A DNA stretch of 64,000 bases from Eledone cirrhosa (Eukaryota): the NCBI GenBank assembly GCA_964016885.1, contig OZ024758.1:29264001-29328000 (forward strand), written 5' to 3'. Of this stretch, positions 1 through 12,375 are shown piece by piece. Both the position numbers and the translations under genes were made by a program. The first letter of the stretch is position 1. Each line of letters starts with the position of its first letter. The notes beneath the pieces were generated by a model that saw only the letters and a program-made list of their open reading frames with translations, was not told the origin of the DNA and ran no database searches.

Positions 1-633
1 ATGTTAGGATGAGTTATCTCGTCTGTGGCACTGGAGTGTATACATGTTAGGATGAGTTATCTCGTCTGTGGCACTGGAGTGTATACATGTTAGGATGAGT
101 TATCTCGTCTGTGGCATTGGAGTGTATACATGTTAGGATGAGTTATCTCGTCTGTGGAACTGGAGTGTATACATGTTAGGATGAGTTATCTCGTTTGTGG
201 CACTGGAGTCTATACATGTTAGGATGAGTTATCTCGTCTGTGCCACTGGCGTCTATACATGTTAGGATGAGTTATCTCGTCTGTGCCACTGGCGTCTATA
301 CATGTTAGGATGAATTATCTCGTCTGTGCCACTGGAGTCTATACACGTTAGGATGAGTTATCTCGTCTGTGACACTGGAGTGTATACATGTTAGGATGAG
401 TTATCTCGTCTGTGCCACTGGAGTCTATACACGTTAGGATGAGTTATCTCGTCTGTGACACTGGAGTGTATACATGTTAGGATGAATTATCTCGTCTGTG
501 CCACTGGAGTCTATACACGTTAGGATGAGTTATCTCGTCTGTGACACTGGAGTGTATACATGTTAGGATGAGTTATCTCGTCTGTGACACTGGAGTGTAT
601 ACATGTTAGGATGAGTTATCTCGTCTGTGGCAC
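1..633. repeat. 43-bp minisatellite (ATGTTAGGATGAGTTATCTCGTCTGTGGCACTGGAGTGTATAC), about 14-15 units, runs off the window start
   Basis: Visible 43-bp periodicity. It ends in GGCACTGAAGAAGTTAA, and a single related unit with a similar terminus occurs at ~47776-47818. Confidence 0.95.
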
Positions 634-1064
634 TTGAGTAGATACATGTTATACGGCACTGAAGAAGTTAAGAATTTATTTGTGCGACAGTATGTAGTGG
701 TCAATGGTAACAGCATGAACTATTTGATGAAAGGTCATGTCCTGTTTTTCTGCATAAACAATATATCTCACAATGTAGTAGTCCAAAGAAGGGTGGTATA
801 TACCATAATAATAAAGTATGTGTTGACATCATGAAGGGTATTATGTTGGAGGAGGTTACATCTCTTGACACTCTTTCAAATCTCACTGATGTTAGCTTTA
901 CAGAGTTGATAAAATATAGTACCAGTAATGGACTGGAGTGGATTTGGTCGACTTTCCCTTCCTCCAAAATTGTTGACCTTTGTACTTAAATCAGAAACCA
1001 TTATGTTGTAGAAAGATAATAAAACTGCCTCAAAAGTCTTGTCCAACCCATGCTGGCATGGAAG

Positions 1065-1245
1065 TGGATTGGCAGTATCGGTAGAGGGTCGGACGCCATG
1101 CTTTCCAGCATAGTTACGTCCCTTTACAATCTGAGTTCAAATCCCACCGAGGTTGACTTTGCCTTTCATCCTTACGGGGTCGATAAAATAAAGTACCAGT
1201 AATGCACTGGGTAATTGCTGGCTTTGTGCCTAAATCAGAAACAAT
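1065..1245 (+). mobile_element. tRNA-derived SINE with a Nin/Deu-like central domain (family A)
   Basis: A-box-like TGGCAGTATCGG, B-box GAGTTCAAATCC and conserved CTTTCATCCTTACGGGGTCGATAAAATAAAGTACC. Other copies at ~1495-1680, 2420-2593(-), 14140-14360(-), 41915-42095, 44718-44920 and 58125-58310. Confidence 0.8.
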
Positions 1246-2936
1246 TATGTTGTAGAAAGATAATAAAACTGCCTCAAAAGTCTTGTCCAACCCATGCTGG
1301 CATGGAAAAGTGGACATAAAAATTATGTTGATGAGGAGGAATCTTGATATTCATAGCAAAAATATAGTTTTTGAATTGAATCCAATAGATTATTAATCCT
1401 ACCGATAGAATTTTAACTGTTTTATTGTTTTTACACCTTTGTGACCATATTTCTAATGAAATATACTGTATTTTAATCAATGAAATATTTGGAGATTGGC
1501 AGTATCGGTAGAGGATCTGACACCATGCTTTGCAGTATAGAGTTACGTCCCTTTACGGTCTGAGTTCAAATCCCGCCACGGTTAACTTTGCCTTACATTG
1601 TTACGGGTTCGATAAAATAAAGCACCAGTAATACACTGGGATAATTGCTGGCCTTGTGCCAAAAGTAGAAACAATTATTTACAATTTGCGTGTAGGCAGG
1701 TCTGTCTGTAAATAGGGTGGGGGGGGGGGCACTGGGGGTATTACGTGAGGTGGTCCCAAAGGTTTGAGAACCTCTGATCTAGTACAATACTGATGGTAAG
1801 TTGCACAATGCCCCCCCCCTCCTCTTTAAGCCACCAATAAAGTGAATATGCCAATAACTGCTACCACAATATCGGTGGTGAGCAGAAGATGCAGCATGGG
1901 GTGAAGCAGTTCTCAATAGCCTGTGTCAACTTTAGTCTTACAGTTAGCATAGAAACGATTGAGGTTACTGTGAATGGACTACGAGGGTTGGCTATGACGG
2001 AGTCACAGCTAGAGCTGTGAAATCTTGCATGCATTCATTTCAACTCTTCTTATTAATAAATGCATTGATATTTCCAGGGACAATGTTGAAAAATAAACCT
2101 CATTTGGTCATTCCATGAGAGTATCTTGGTCAGCCTATCAACTTTTCAGCCGACCCTCTTAAAATTACATGAGGTTAACAAGTTCACCTGCAACAGTAGT
2201 ACACATGAGGTTAACAAGTTCACCTGCAACGGTAGTAAACATCAATTAAGAGAACAATGTTTTTTCTTCAATGAAACTTTAAATACGCTACAAATCCATT
2301 CGATTACACCCCTCACTTTGTCAAAGAGAATAATATTTAATTAGTTAAGTGAAAAAAAAAAATTAAAACAAAACAAAAATATATTAAAAAAAATATTTTA
2401 TTCACAATTTAAAATAAATAATTGTTTCTACTTTAGGCACAAGGCCAGCAATTACCCAGTGCATTACTGGTACTTTATTTTATCGATCCCGTAAGGATGA
2501 AAGGCAAAGTCAACCTCGGCGGGATTTGAACTCAGATCGTAACTATGCTGGAAAGCATGGCGTCCGACCCTCTCTCCCGATACTGCCAATCCAAAATAAA
2601 TATTGTTACAAATCGTTTACAATTCTTACAGAATGAAAATATAAACACAAATAATATATACAATTAATTATTTTGACAGGCAGAAACATTATAACTTTGG
2701 ACAAAATATTTCAATGGTATTTAGTTACGATATTTTACATTCCGAGTTTAAATCCTGCCGAGATCAACTTAGCTTCCCAGTTTTTTAGGGGTTGATAACA
2801 TAAAGTAACAATTTAATTTACAATTCATTCTTGACATGAATAGAAGTATAATTAAAGATTGCGTTGTTTTATTTAGTAGACACTTTTTCTGTTCTGTCCG
2901 CCGAAGCCGTGTGACCCCATTTGCTCATAATAGTGA

Positions 2937-3153
2937 GACTAATTTACTCAGTAATCAAGGGTGTAAAATACACACACATGTAAACCAGGTCCGAACTACC
3001 AATTTCATGCTCTCTGTCTCTCTCACCCTCCCCATTTCTCACTATTATGAGCAAATGGGGAGGGTGAGAGAGACAGAGAGCATGAAATTGGTAGTTCGGA
3101 CCTGGTTTACATGTGTGTGTATTTTACACCCTTGATTACTGAGTAAATTAGTC
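2937..3153. repeat. Long inverted repeat (about 100-bp perfect arms, 15-nt centre)
   Basis: 2937-3037 is the reverse complement of 3053-3153. Confidence 0.95.
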
Positions 3154-3314
3154 ACACTTATAGATACTACTATAATATAAAGCTAGGATTGAAGAGATTA
3201 CATGAAAATGGGAGAAGAACAGAGAATCATACCATCAGATACACAGAGAATTAAACACCGAGTTAAACCTAATCATCAAACGGACACTGGTTCCGGTTCA
3301 TATCCCCACAGTTC

Positions 3315-3900
3315 TGGAGCCGGTTGGTTTATGTGATGGGAAGAGACCAGACGGTCTTGGCCCTGGGTGAGAGGTAGATGTCTCATCTGGGACGCCGCGA
3401 TGAATGCAGGGGTCACTGCTTCCGTTACCGAACGGAATCAAATTCGGAAATACCAGGACTTATCAGACAATTACTTTTTCCAGCCTGTTGCCTTCGAGAC
3501 GTTCGGTAGAGAAGTTCTTGTCTTCACTGGTGCCTCGCCTTACTGAGGTGTCAGGTAATGCCAGAGTGGGATTTACGTATAAGCTAAACAAGCTATAGCT
3601 TAGGGCCTCCATTATCTTGGGGCCCCGAAAAAATTGAAAAAAAAAAATGGTGTGTACATTTCCTAAATATAAGATAAAAAAGAACTAAAATAATGCAATA
3701 GTTTTAAAGTTTTCTGCTTTAATATTGAACGTTTTGCAGTTTTTATAACATATAAAGGGCTCCATTATCTCAAATAGCTCAGGGCCTCATTAAATCTAAA
3801 TCCGGCCCTGGGTAATGCCCGTGAGGGTGCCTGGTTATTTCAGCACCTTAGCCTCGCCATCACTCGTTGAAATGCTGCCAGTGTGTTGGCTTGCCTGAAA
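3315..3900 (+). pseudogene. Degenerate 3' fragment of a CRE-like (RLE endonuclease) non-LTR retrotransposon, interrupted by a hAT MITE
   Basis: Translates in part to EPVGLCDGKRPDGLGPWVRGRCLIWD and is homologous to 6600-7180. Confidence 0.7.
3562..3810 (+). mobile_element. hAT-type MITE with a perfect 8-bp TSD
   Basis: Imperfect TIRs CAGAGTGGGATTT...AAATCCGGCCCTG. GGTAATGC flanks both ends (3554-3561 and 3811-3818). Confidence 0.9.
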
Positions 3901-4441
3901 GTGTACAATTAATCCCCAAAGTTTGAGGTGTTGCCGATTGTCACACTTGATGGTGAATTGTCCCCCGCCCCCTTTTTCTTCTTTCTTTCCTTTATAATTT
4001 TTGTTCATGATTTTATATTTTTAAAGTTATTTATGTATACCTTTAGAATATATTTACGTTATTCTACTGTAAATTCATACAACTGTAAGAAAATATATTA
4101 AACATTCGGACGCTGATTTACACACACACATACACACATTTATATACAATTATCTATCTATATCTTCATTTAATATAAAATATTGTAACTTCCATCATCC
4201 TTTTGAAAAAAGGTGGACCTGCTACTTCTATGCAATGGCACGCACTTTATAGCCAGAAGGATGATGAATCATCTAGATGTCACTTGGAGGCAATCATCAA
4301 AGAGAAAATGTATTTATTCCCAAGATTCCTCTTATTCCTTCCTCTACCTATCTGTCATTCAAATTCTCAAGACCTCAGTTCCTTGTTAAAGCCAGTTTTG
4401 TTATGACCGTACATAAAGCTCAGGCTCAGAGTTTCAAACTG

Positions 4442-4614
4442 CAAAACGTACAATATTAAGGAGAAAACTGTTTAAAACTATTGCATTATTTTAGTTCTTT
4501 TTTATCTTATATTTTGGAAATGTACACAGTTTTTATTTCAATTTTTTCGGGGCCCCAAGAAAGTGGGGGGCCCTAAGCTATAGCTTGTTTAGCTTATACG
4601 TAAATCCTACTCTG
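4442..4614 (-). mobile_element. Partial inverted copy of the same hAT MITE
   Basis: Reverse complement of the first ~175 bp of 5060-5317. Confidence 0.85.
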
Positions 4615-4851
4615 GTTACCGAGGCATTTGTAATGTTATTTATGTATATATTTAAAACATATTTGTTGTTATGTTATTCTACTGTAAATTTATTTATATA
4701 CTCTGTTTATATTTTCATTCTGAAGGAATTGCAAACCATTTTTAATGTTGTTTGTGCAACTATGAATAAAATTATCTTTCGTTATAAAATAAAGTTTAAG
4801 ATTCTGTTAAAAAAAAAGAAAGTATTTGGCGAATGGCATTGTTGTATGAAG

Positions 4852-4963
4852 TGCGCATGCGTAGACTTGTTTATTGTTGAGATTCAAAATTTTAGCGTGC
4901 CACGGCATGTCTTTCGGTTTTAATAGCATTCCAAGCTCTCCTTCCTTTTATCCGTGCGTAAGT
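4852..4963 (+). promoter_or_regulatory. Candidate CEP83 promoter and non-coding first exon
   Basis: NRF1-like TGCGCATGCGTA at 4852-4863, locally more CpG, and a GTAAGT donor at 4958. The link to CEP83 is inferred. Confidence 0.4.
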
Positions 4964-5059
4964 CTGATTTTTTCTTCTTGCCTTCCACTCTTCTTTATTT
5001 AATTATCAAAACGACTGCCTGGATATAAATTGTTGCTAAAAATATATGTACATAGTTGT

Positions 5060-5317
5060 CAGAGTAGGATTTACGTATAAGCTAAACAAGCTATAGCTTA
5101 GGGCCCCCACTTTCTTGGGGCCCTGAAAAAATTGAAAAAAAAAACTGTGTACATTTCCAAAATATAAGATAAAAAAGAACTAAAATAATGCAATAGTTTT
5201 AAACAGTTTTCTCCTTAATATTGAACGTTTTGCAGTTTTTATAACATTTTTTATAACATATAAAGGGCCCCATTATCTCAAATAGCTTAGGGCCTCATCA
5301 AATCTAATCCGGCCCTG
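5060..5317 (+). mobile_element. Full copy of the hAT MITE
   Basis: CAGAGTAGGATTT...AATCCGGCCCTG, near-identical to 3562-3810. Confidence 0.9.
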
Positions 5318-5392
5318 ATGTTGCATAAGCTGTTGGTTTGTTGTGAAAATTCCATGTTAGTTCGTTGTCAAAATATATATATTTAAGTGAAA

Positions 5393-5827
5393 TAGTAGTA
5401 TATTTTAGTATAACTAGTATATGTTAGTATAACAGTAGTATATTTTAGTATAACTAGTATATTTTAGTATAACAGTAGTATATTTTAGTATAACAGTAGT
5501 ATATTTTAGTATAACAGTAGTATATTTTAGTATAACTAGTATATTTTAGTATAACTAGTATATTTTAGTATAACACTAGTATATTTTAGTATAACAGTAA
5601 TATATTTTAGTATAACTAGTATATTTTAGTATAACTAGTATATTTTAGTATAACTAGTATATTTTAGTATAACACTAGTATATTTTAGTATAACAGTAAT
5701 ATATTTTAGTATAACTAGTATATTTTAGTATAACTAGTATATTTTAGTATAACACTAGTATATTTTAGTATAACAGTAGTATATTTTAGTATAACACTAG
5801 TATATTTTAGTATAACTAGTATATTTT
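5393..5827. repeat. AT-rich 19/22-bp minisatellite (TAGTATATTTTAGTATAAC plus or minus 3 nt)
   Basis: Visible tandem periodicity. Confidence 0.9.
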
Positions 5828-6599
5828 GGGCATACTGCTGTACCCATTCCTGGTTTACATTCTTGTAACAACTTGTAGCTTGTCGAACTTCTTAAGAAGT
5901 ATGTGTAGATAGGACAGATAGCTTTAATACATTTGAATGGTTGATATAGGTATTCGACAGACATATATATAATTTATTTGATGGTTGGCTATTAAAACTA
6001 TTGCTATATAATGTATGTTAAACAAATAGATATGTTTCTTTTTTAATTGAAATTATTTCTTTTTAAATTTACCTTAATTTTCACTATATCCCAACTGAAG
6101 TAGCTACAACCGGGAATTGAAACCCTGTCGAGGATTTAGCTCTACAGGAGGAACACACCTTAAAGAAACACATGAACTGAATAAACTTTCAATGGATATA
6201 GAAGATATATTTTTATTTTATTCTACTGATAAAGGTTGACTGTCTTCGAAGGTTCAGCTATGTAGTTTATCTCGGTAAAAATTAATAGAAACGGTGAAAC
6301 CCACACTAGGAATTATTGTCTTGGAGGAATTTTTTTCTTATTGTTTTCAGGAGACATTTTCAAATAGTTATTGCGTCTGGAATTTTTTTCAGTTGATATT
6401 CTTGAGAAATATTCGTTAACTGAATCTATTAATCGTTTTTTTATTATCCTTAATTTTTTTGTTAATGGTAAGAATATATTTACAATATTAGACGTCACAT
6501 AACTCATTTTTAAAATTGGTGATGTAATAGAAGTGATGAATCGTTATGTCATAGAGGTTAAAAGTAGGTGTTGGGGTGCAGTTTATTGTTTGAGTCTTT

Positions 6600-7180
6600 A
6601 ATTCGTGGTCTACTCGGGTTAGACGAACTTCGTGTCTCCATTGCCCTCAGCGGGAGCTGACGTCTGTACGAGTTTGAGAGGTGTCAATGTGGCAAACTCC
6701 TCGACTCCACAGTCTTTCTTGCCACCTAAATGCCGGTCGCTTCGCGCGTCACACGGAGCTCAACCTTATTCTCAAGAGAGCTTTGGCCCGGGCAAACATC
6801 CCCTCAATCTTGGAACCGTCAGGGTTGTCCAGAAGTGATGGGAAAAGACCTAACGGCCTTGCCCTGTGCCCCTGGTCGAGAGGCAGATGCCTTGTCTTGG
6901 ACGTCACAGTTAATGACTCTTTTGCTTCTTCCCCCATCCTGGATGCTGTGGTTAGGGCGAGAACCACAGCTTCCGCAGCCGAACGGAACAAAATCCTAAA
7001 ATACCGTGATCTGTCTGCCAACTACATTTTCCAGCCTGTGACGTTCGAGACATTTGAGGGAGTCGGGCCGCTGACTGCGAGATCCCTATCTTCACTGGCG
7101 GCTCGCCTAACATAGATAACTGGTGAGGGCGTTTGGTTGTTCCAGCACCTCAGCCTCGCCATGACTCGAAGTAACGCTTT
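6600..7180 (+). pseudogene. CRE-like non-LTR retrotransposon C-terminal fragment (zinc knuckle plus restriction-like endonuclease)
   Basis: LHSLSCHLNAGRFARHTELN...EPSGLSRSDGKRPNGLALCPWSRGRCLVLDVTV...FQPVTFETF. The upstream CQCG lies in another frame, and the catalytic PD is degenerate (PN). Confidence 0.8.
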
Positions 7181-7388
7181 TTATACAACAGTTAATAAAG
7201 TCTATCAACATAAATCAACATAATTCCTTAACATGTTTCTGGAAAATGTTACTTTGAGCTGTGATTCTGTTTGCCGAATTTTGAGGGTGGGTCGTGTGTT
7301 GGTTTGGCAGGAGTCATGAGTGCAGGTTGGCTTTGCTTTAGGGTGTTGAGTGTTTTGTTGACATTGGAGCAATGACGGTCTTATTTAC

Positions 7389-7421
<33 letters not shown>

Positions 7422-7527
7422 CACACACACACATATATATATATATAGTGAAAACTTGGGAACAAAAACAGAGAGGCAGTACAAATAAAAGTTTATTAGG
7501 TTCCCGCTCTTAAGAGCGGGGGGGGGG

Positions 7528-7556
7528 GACGTTTCGGGCATAAGCCCTTCATCAGG
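7528..7556 (-). ncRNA. Minimal hammerhead-ribozyme-like core (Penelope-like element 3' end)
   Basis: Minus strand CTGATGA-A-GGGC-TTAT-GCCC-GAAAC-GTC followed by AATAAA. No local stem I partner was found. Confidence 0.55.
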
Positions 7557-8002
7557 AGAAAAGTGGGTAGGAAGAGAGTTCCGAGGGTGTGTGGGGGAGA
7601 GACACTTAGAAAAAAAAGGGGGGGGGGAGGGAGGAAAACGGAGGAAGGGGTACAAATAAAAATAAACAAAGATAAACAAGTGGTGGAAGGGTGTAGGGGT
7701 AGTGTAGGAATAGGGAGGAGGGGGGGGGGGGGGGGGGGTCCGAGTGTGGATTCCGGAGGCTGAGTGTGTATATGTGGGGGTACGCACGTGTGCGTTGGTG
7801 TTTATATGTGGTGTGGTGCGGAAAAAAATTGTGCGTGTATGTCCGTGGGTAAGTTCCTAAGGTAGTTCTGTGGAGTGTGCGATGAGATGCTGGATATTTT
7901 TCATGTTATGGAGTGTATAGCTGGAACAATAAATACGAAGACCAAAATCCAGAGAGAACTCTATAAGCGTTAAATGTGTATGTGCGTGTATATATATATA
8001 TA

Positions 8003-9275
8003 TCATCATCATCTTTTTACGTCTGCTTTTCCCTGCTTGCAAGGGTGGGACGGGTCCTATTCAGCACAACATCTATCCACTTGTCACGGTCCTTCGTCAT
8101 CTCCTCCGTGAGCTTCAGCGATCTGAGGTCTGCTCTCACCACCTCTGCCCATGTTTTTTGTGGTCTTCCTCTACTGAGTCTTCCTTCTACTGGGATTTCT
8201 TGGCACTTCTTTACCCAGCGGTCATCCTCCATGCACATCACATGTCCATACCATCTCAGCCTTCTCACCTGCACACCACAACTTATCCCTCTTATACCTA
8301 GTTTCTTTCTCAACTCGTCTATGCTTGGTCGTTCACGCACATTGACATTGCACATCCAACAGAGCATGCTTGCTTCATTTCTCTCCAGCCGTCGCATATC
8401 CTCTGCAGTTGCTGCCCATGTCTCACTACCATGCAGCATCGCACTCCTCACACAGGCATCATATAACCGGCCTTTCATACTCAGAGAGAAACCCTTTGTC
8501 AACAGAGGAAACAGTGCCCTAAACTTCTTCCAACCCGTCCTTATCCTAGATACTATGGCCTCGGACCCCCCCCCCCCATGCTAATCTGATCACCTAGGTA
8601 CCGGAAGCTATCAACCACTTCTATAGAATCCACCAGCATTGGAAAAAATGCATCTATCACTGATTACTACTGTCAAATTTCCCTGTACATCTACTGCATA
8701 CGTAGTTTTCCAACCTGCTAGTTTGCCTGCTATCCCATTAAATCTCTTGTGTACCAAAGATCTGCATTGCGTACATTTTATAGAATTTATGCCAGTTCCT
8801 TTTCTACATATTGAACATGGCCATTTCCCTGATGGAATCAGTTTTGTCCTCTTTTCTACTTATTAACACTTTTGTCTTAGCGAGATTCACTCTCAGTCCT
8901 CTTGCTTCCAACTGCTGTTTCCATAGCCAGAATTTATTCTCTAGTTCCTCTACTGATTCTGCTATAAGAACCAGATCGTCAGCATAGAGAAGTTCCCATG
9001 GACAGCCAGTCTGAAACTCCTCTGTTATGGCTTGGAGGACTATAATGAACAAGAGCGGGCTGAGGACCGAACCCTGATGTACACCTACTTGTACCTGGAA
9101 TTCCTCACTAAACTCCATTCCTACCCTGACTTTACTGACAGCACCCCTGTACATAGCTTGCACTGCCCTCGCAAGCCATTCCTCTAGACCTAGTTTCCTT
9201 AAGGACCACCAGATGACAGATCGGTGTACCCTATCAAAGGCCTTCTCTAGGTCAACAAAAGCTAAGTATAGTGGC
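8003..9275 (-). mobile_element. 5'-truncated, frameshifted RTE-clade LINE (RT domain and C-terminus)
   Basis: GVHQGSVLSPLLF, LLYADDLVL, RRLRWYGHVM and RGRPQKTW motifs, with a (TGA)n tail. Confidence 0.9.
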
Positions 9276-9422
9276 TTATATCATAAGCCACTATACTTAG
9301 CTTTTGTACATATATATACATACATATATATATACACACACAAAGCTAGATATAGTTATATCATAGATATGAATTCCTGGGTATGTATTGATAAATATAT
9401 AAACAGCGTGTATAATCAGTCA

Positions 9423-9650
9423 TTAACCCTTTAGTGTTCAAACTGGCCAAAACCGGCCAGAATTCTCTACCTCTTTCTGTTGAAACTGGCTGTAACTGGT
9501 CACTCAAACTGATGTTAAGGTATTGTTCTCAAAATAAATACTTTCAAAATCTCATAGATTCGATATTATGTGAGATAATTATGTGAGGTAAAGCCTTTAC
9601 CATGAAAATATAATAGTAAATATAGAGTAATGTGGAAGCTAAAGGGTTAA
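9423..9650 (+). mobile_element. piggyBac-like MITE (TTAA-CCCTTTA...TAAAGGG-TTAA), high-copy family
   Basis: CCC/GGG termini with TTAA flanks. Other copies near 12444, 15161, 25030, 34191, 39709(-), 41233, 43579(-), 46737(-), 48020, 52668(-), 53400(-), 53560 and 62434. Confidence 0.8.
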
Positions 9651-10479
9651 GAACAGTCAAACATTAACAGAATGTGCTTTGTAAGACCAACCAAGGAAAA
9701 TCAAATTTCTTTGTTTTTATTTGTAGCATGGTGTATGACGACACCATGTAGCAAAATATAACACATCGAGGATATGTAAAGGTTTTGGTATAACATAGTG
9801 TGTTTCGTCAACAGGTTGATTGATGTGTTCACAGATAAAAGTATTTTATGGGTATATATTGGAATTTGTGAGGGAATGTGTTAAAGTGAAGATGTTAGTT
9901 CAGATCAGCTATTGCCTGAGTCAGCTGCAGCAGTGCCTTAAGCCTTTAGCTACCAACCCAGCCAAAACTGGCTCTGATTCTATGAAATAAAACCACCCAT
10001 TTTAAAGGTTTCCAATTTAAATTAAAATCTTCCAATATAATTTTATATAAGAATCTTACATTAAATTGCTATCTTAGAATTGACGTAATTAATAATTTTA
10101 GTAAGTCCCTCAAAATTCATCAATTAATTAAAATAGAGTGTATTTCATTAAACATGCACTCATGAAAGGGTTGATGACCAGTGGCTGCTACAGCTGGGCA
10201 TCAGCTGTCAACTATGTCAGGGACCAGCAGAGTAAGAAGGACAAGAGGCAAGAAGTTGAAACTGAATTTGAGCTGGGCTTAAACACCCATGTATTCCATG
10301 ATAGCAATTTCTAGTCATGACTACCACATTGCAGAATTGCCTGCGGGCATTTTATTGTAGCTTTAGACTACTGCTTTACAAAGAAGACTGGGTGCATTTT
10401 ATCATGGCACCAGCACTATAACTTTACAGGGTGAACTGGGTTCATTTTATTGTGGCTCTAGTACTATCACTTACCGAGT

Positions 10480-11250
10480 GTACTAAGTGCATTTTAACAT
10501 GTTATCAGCACTACCACTTACAGAGTGTACTAAGTGTATTTTAACATGGTATCAGTACTACCACTTACAGAGTGTACTAAGTGTATTTTAACATGGTATC
10601 AGTACTACCACTTACAGAGTGTACTAAGTGTATTTTAACATGGTATCAGCACTACCACTTACAGAATGTACTAAGTGTATTTTAACATGGTATCAGTACT
10701 ACCACTTACAGAGTGTACTAAGTGTATTTTAACATGGTATCAGTACTACCACTTACAGAGTGTACTAAGTGTATTTTAACATGGTATCAGTACTACCACT
10801 TACAGAGTGTACTAAGTGTATTTTAACATGGTATCAGTACTACCACTTACAGAGTGTACTAAGTGTATTTTAACATGGTATCAGTACTACCACTTACAGA
10901 GTGTACTAAGTGTATTTTAACATGGTATCAGTACTACCACTTACAGAGTGTACTAAGTGTATTTTAACATGGTATCAGTACTACCACTTACAGAGTGTAC
11001 TAAGTGTATTTTAACATGGTATCAGTACTACCACTTACAGAGTGTACTAAGTGTATTTTAACATGGTATCAGTACTACCACTTACAGAGTGTACTAAGTG
11101 TATTTTAACATGGTATCAGTACTACCACTTACAGAGTGTACTAAGTGTATTTTAACATGGTATCAGTACTATCACTTACAGAGTGTACTAAGTGTATTTT
11201 AACATGGTATCAGTACTATCACTTACAGAGTGTACTAAGTGTATTTTATT
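10480..11250. repeat. 47-bp minisatellite (TACTAAGTGTATTTTAACATGGTATCAGTACTACCACTTACAGAGTG)
   Basis: About 16 tandem units, preceded by two more diverged units. Confidence 0.95.
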
Positions 11251-11892
11251 GTGGCATAAGATTAGTGGATATATAGAGGACATGATATGAGTGTGGATGG
11301 TATTGAATGAAGGTGTTGGAGTGTGACAGAAGCCAAGCTACCCTACTCCAGCTATGTAGACAGTGAGGTGGGGATGGGTTAGATAGTAAGCAAGGGGAAG
11401 AATCAGTGATGTAAAGGGAGGCAGACTAAGGTGTGTTATACCAATATTAATCAATGAATTATGACAAAAATGGTTAATCTACAGTTGTATAATCTGGAAA
11501 AAACAAGTTTTACATATTTAGCACACATTTTATTTTAATACAGAAAAAGAGCTTCAGTTGAAAAGAATATTGGACATAAGAAATCTTTTGATCCAGTAAA
11601 ATCTGGTTCATTGATTTATTATTGTTCAGTAGCCATAGTTAGTAAAACAAAAACAAATCTGCTTTTAAGTAGAGTTAATACTATATATTACAAAAATATC
11701 AATACATTGATTAACTGTAAAAGTGCTGCCATATTATTGATATACATCTACTAAAGAGCTTTATTGATTGGTCTTCTTTTGACCAATGAAAATATACATG
11801 GTAGAGTTAGTTGCAATTAGTAACATTAGAATGTCAGACAGTAACATTGACCCTTCCATCACTGTATTTCTAATGAGATACACTCTATATCA

Positions 11893-12375
11893 TCTACACT
11901 ATAATAAAGGAGTGCGGGACTGCGTCCAGAATATATATTTTTTTATCCCGTCTGTAAAATAAGGTGGATTACTTTGAATAAATAATGAATGAATGTTACA
12001 TAATTTATCTCCTAAATTTCGTTATTTTTTATTAAATATAAATAATTTTGCGGCTTATTTTAAGATTCACTTCTTTAAAATTTTCAAATGTCAACACTTC
12101 CAGTTAGCGATCGCTTAAATAAACATTCATATATTTCTGTCACTAATTTTCTCCTAATGTAGTTTATATATAATATCGTCTTTTTTTAATGTATCATGGA
12201 GTACGTTACTGATTACATAAGACAGTGTAACACAGTCTTCGTTCAATTTCTGTGTATTGTCAATTACGATTTTATTTGATGTATCATATCTACATGTATA
12301 TATACCTGCGTATAATATCAATATACACACTACACATGCTAGCAGAAAACCAGCCGAAGGGTGGTTTTCTGCTCG
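11893..12375 (+). mobile_element. Non-autonomous Helitron
   Basis: A|TC 5' end, 3' hairpin GCAGAAAACCAGCCGAAGGGTGGTTTTCTGC and CTCG|T end. Homologous to 25204-25741. Confidence 0.8.

Noticed and set aside
986-1310. ~80-bp direct repeat around a SINE resembling LTRs
   Set aside because: No TG..CA ends, primer-binding site or polypurine tract. Better explained as a local tandem duplication of SINE-tail sequence.
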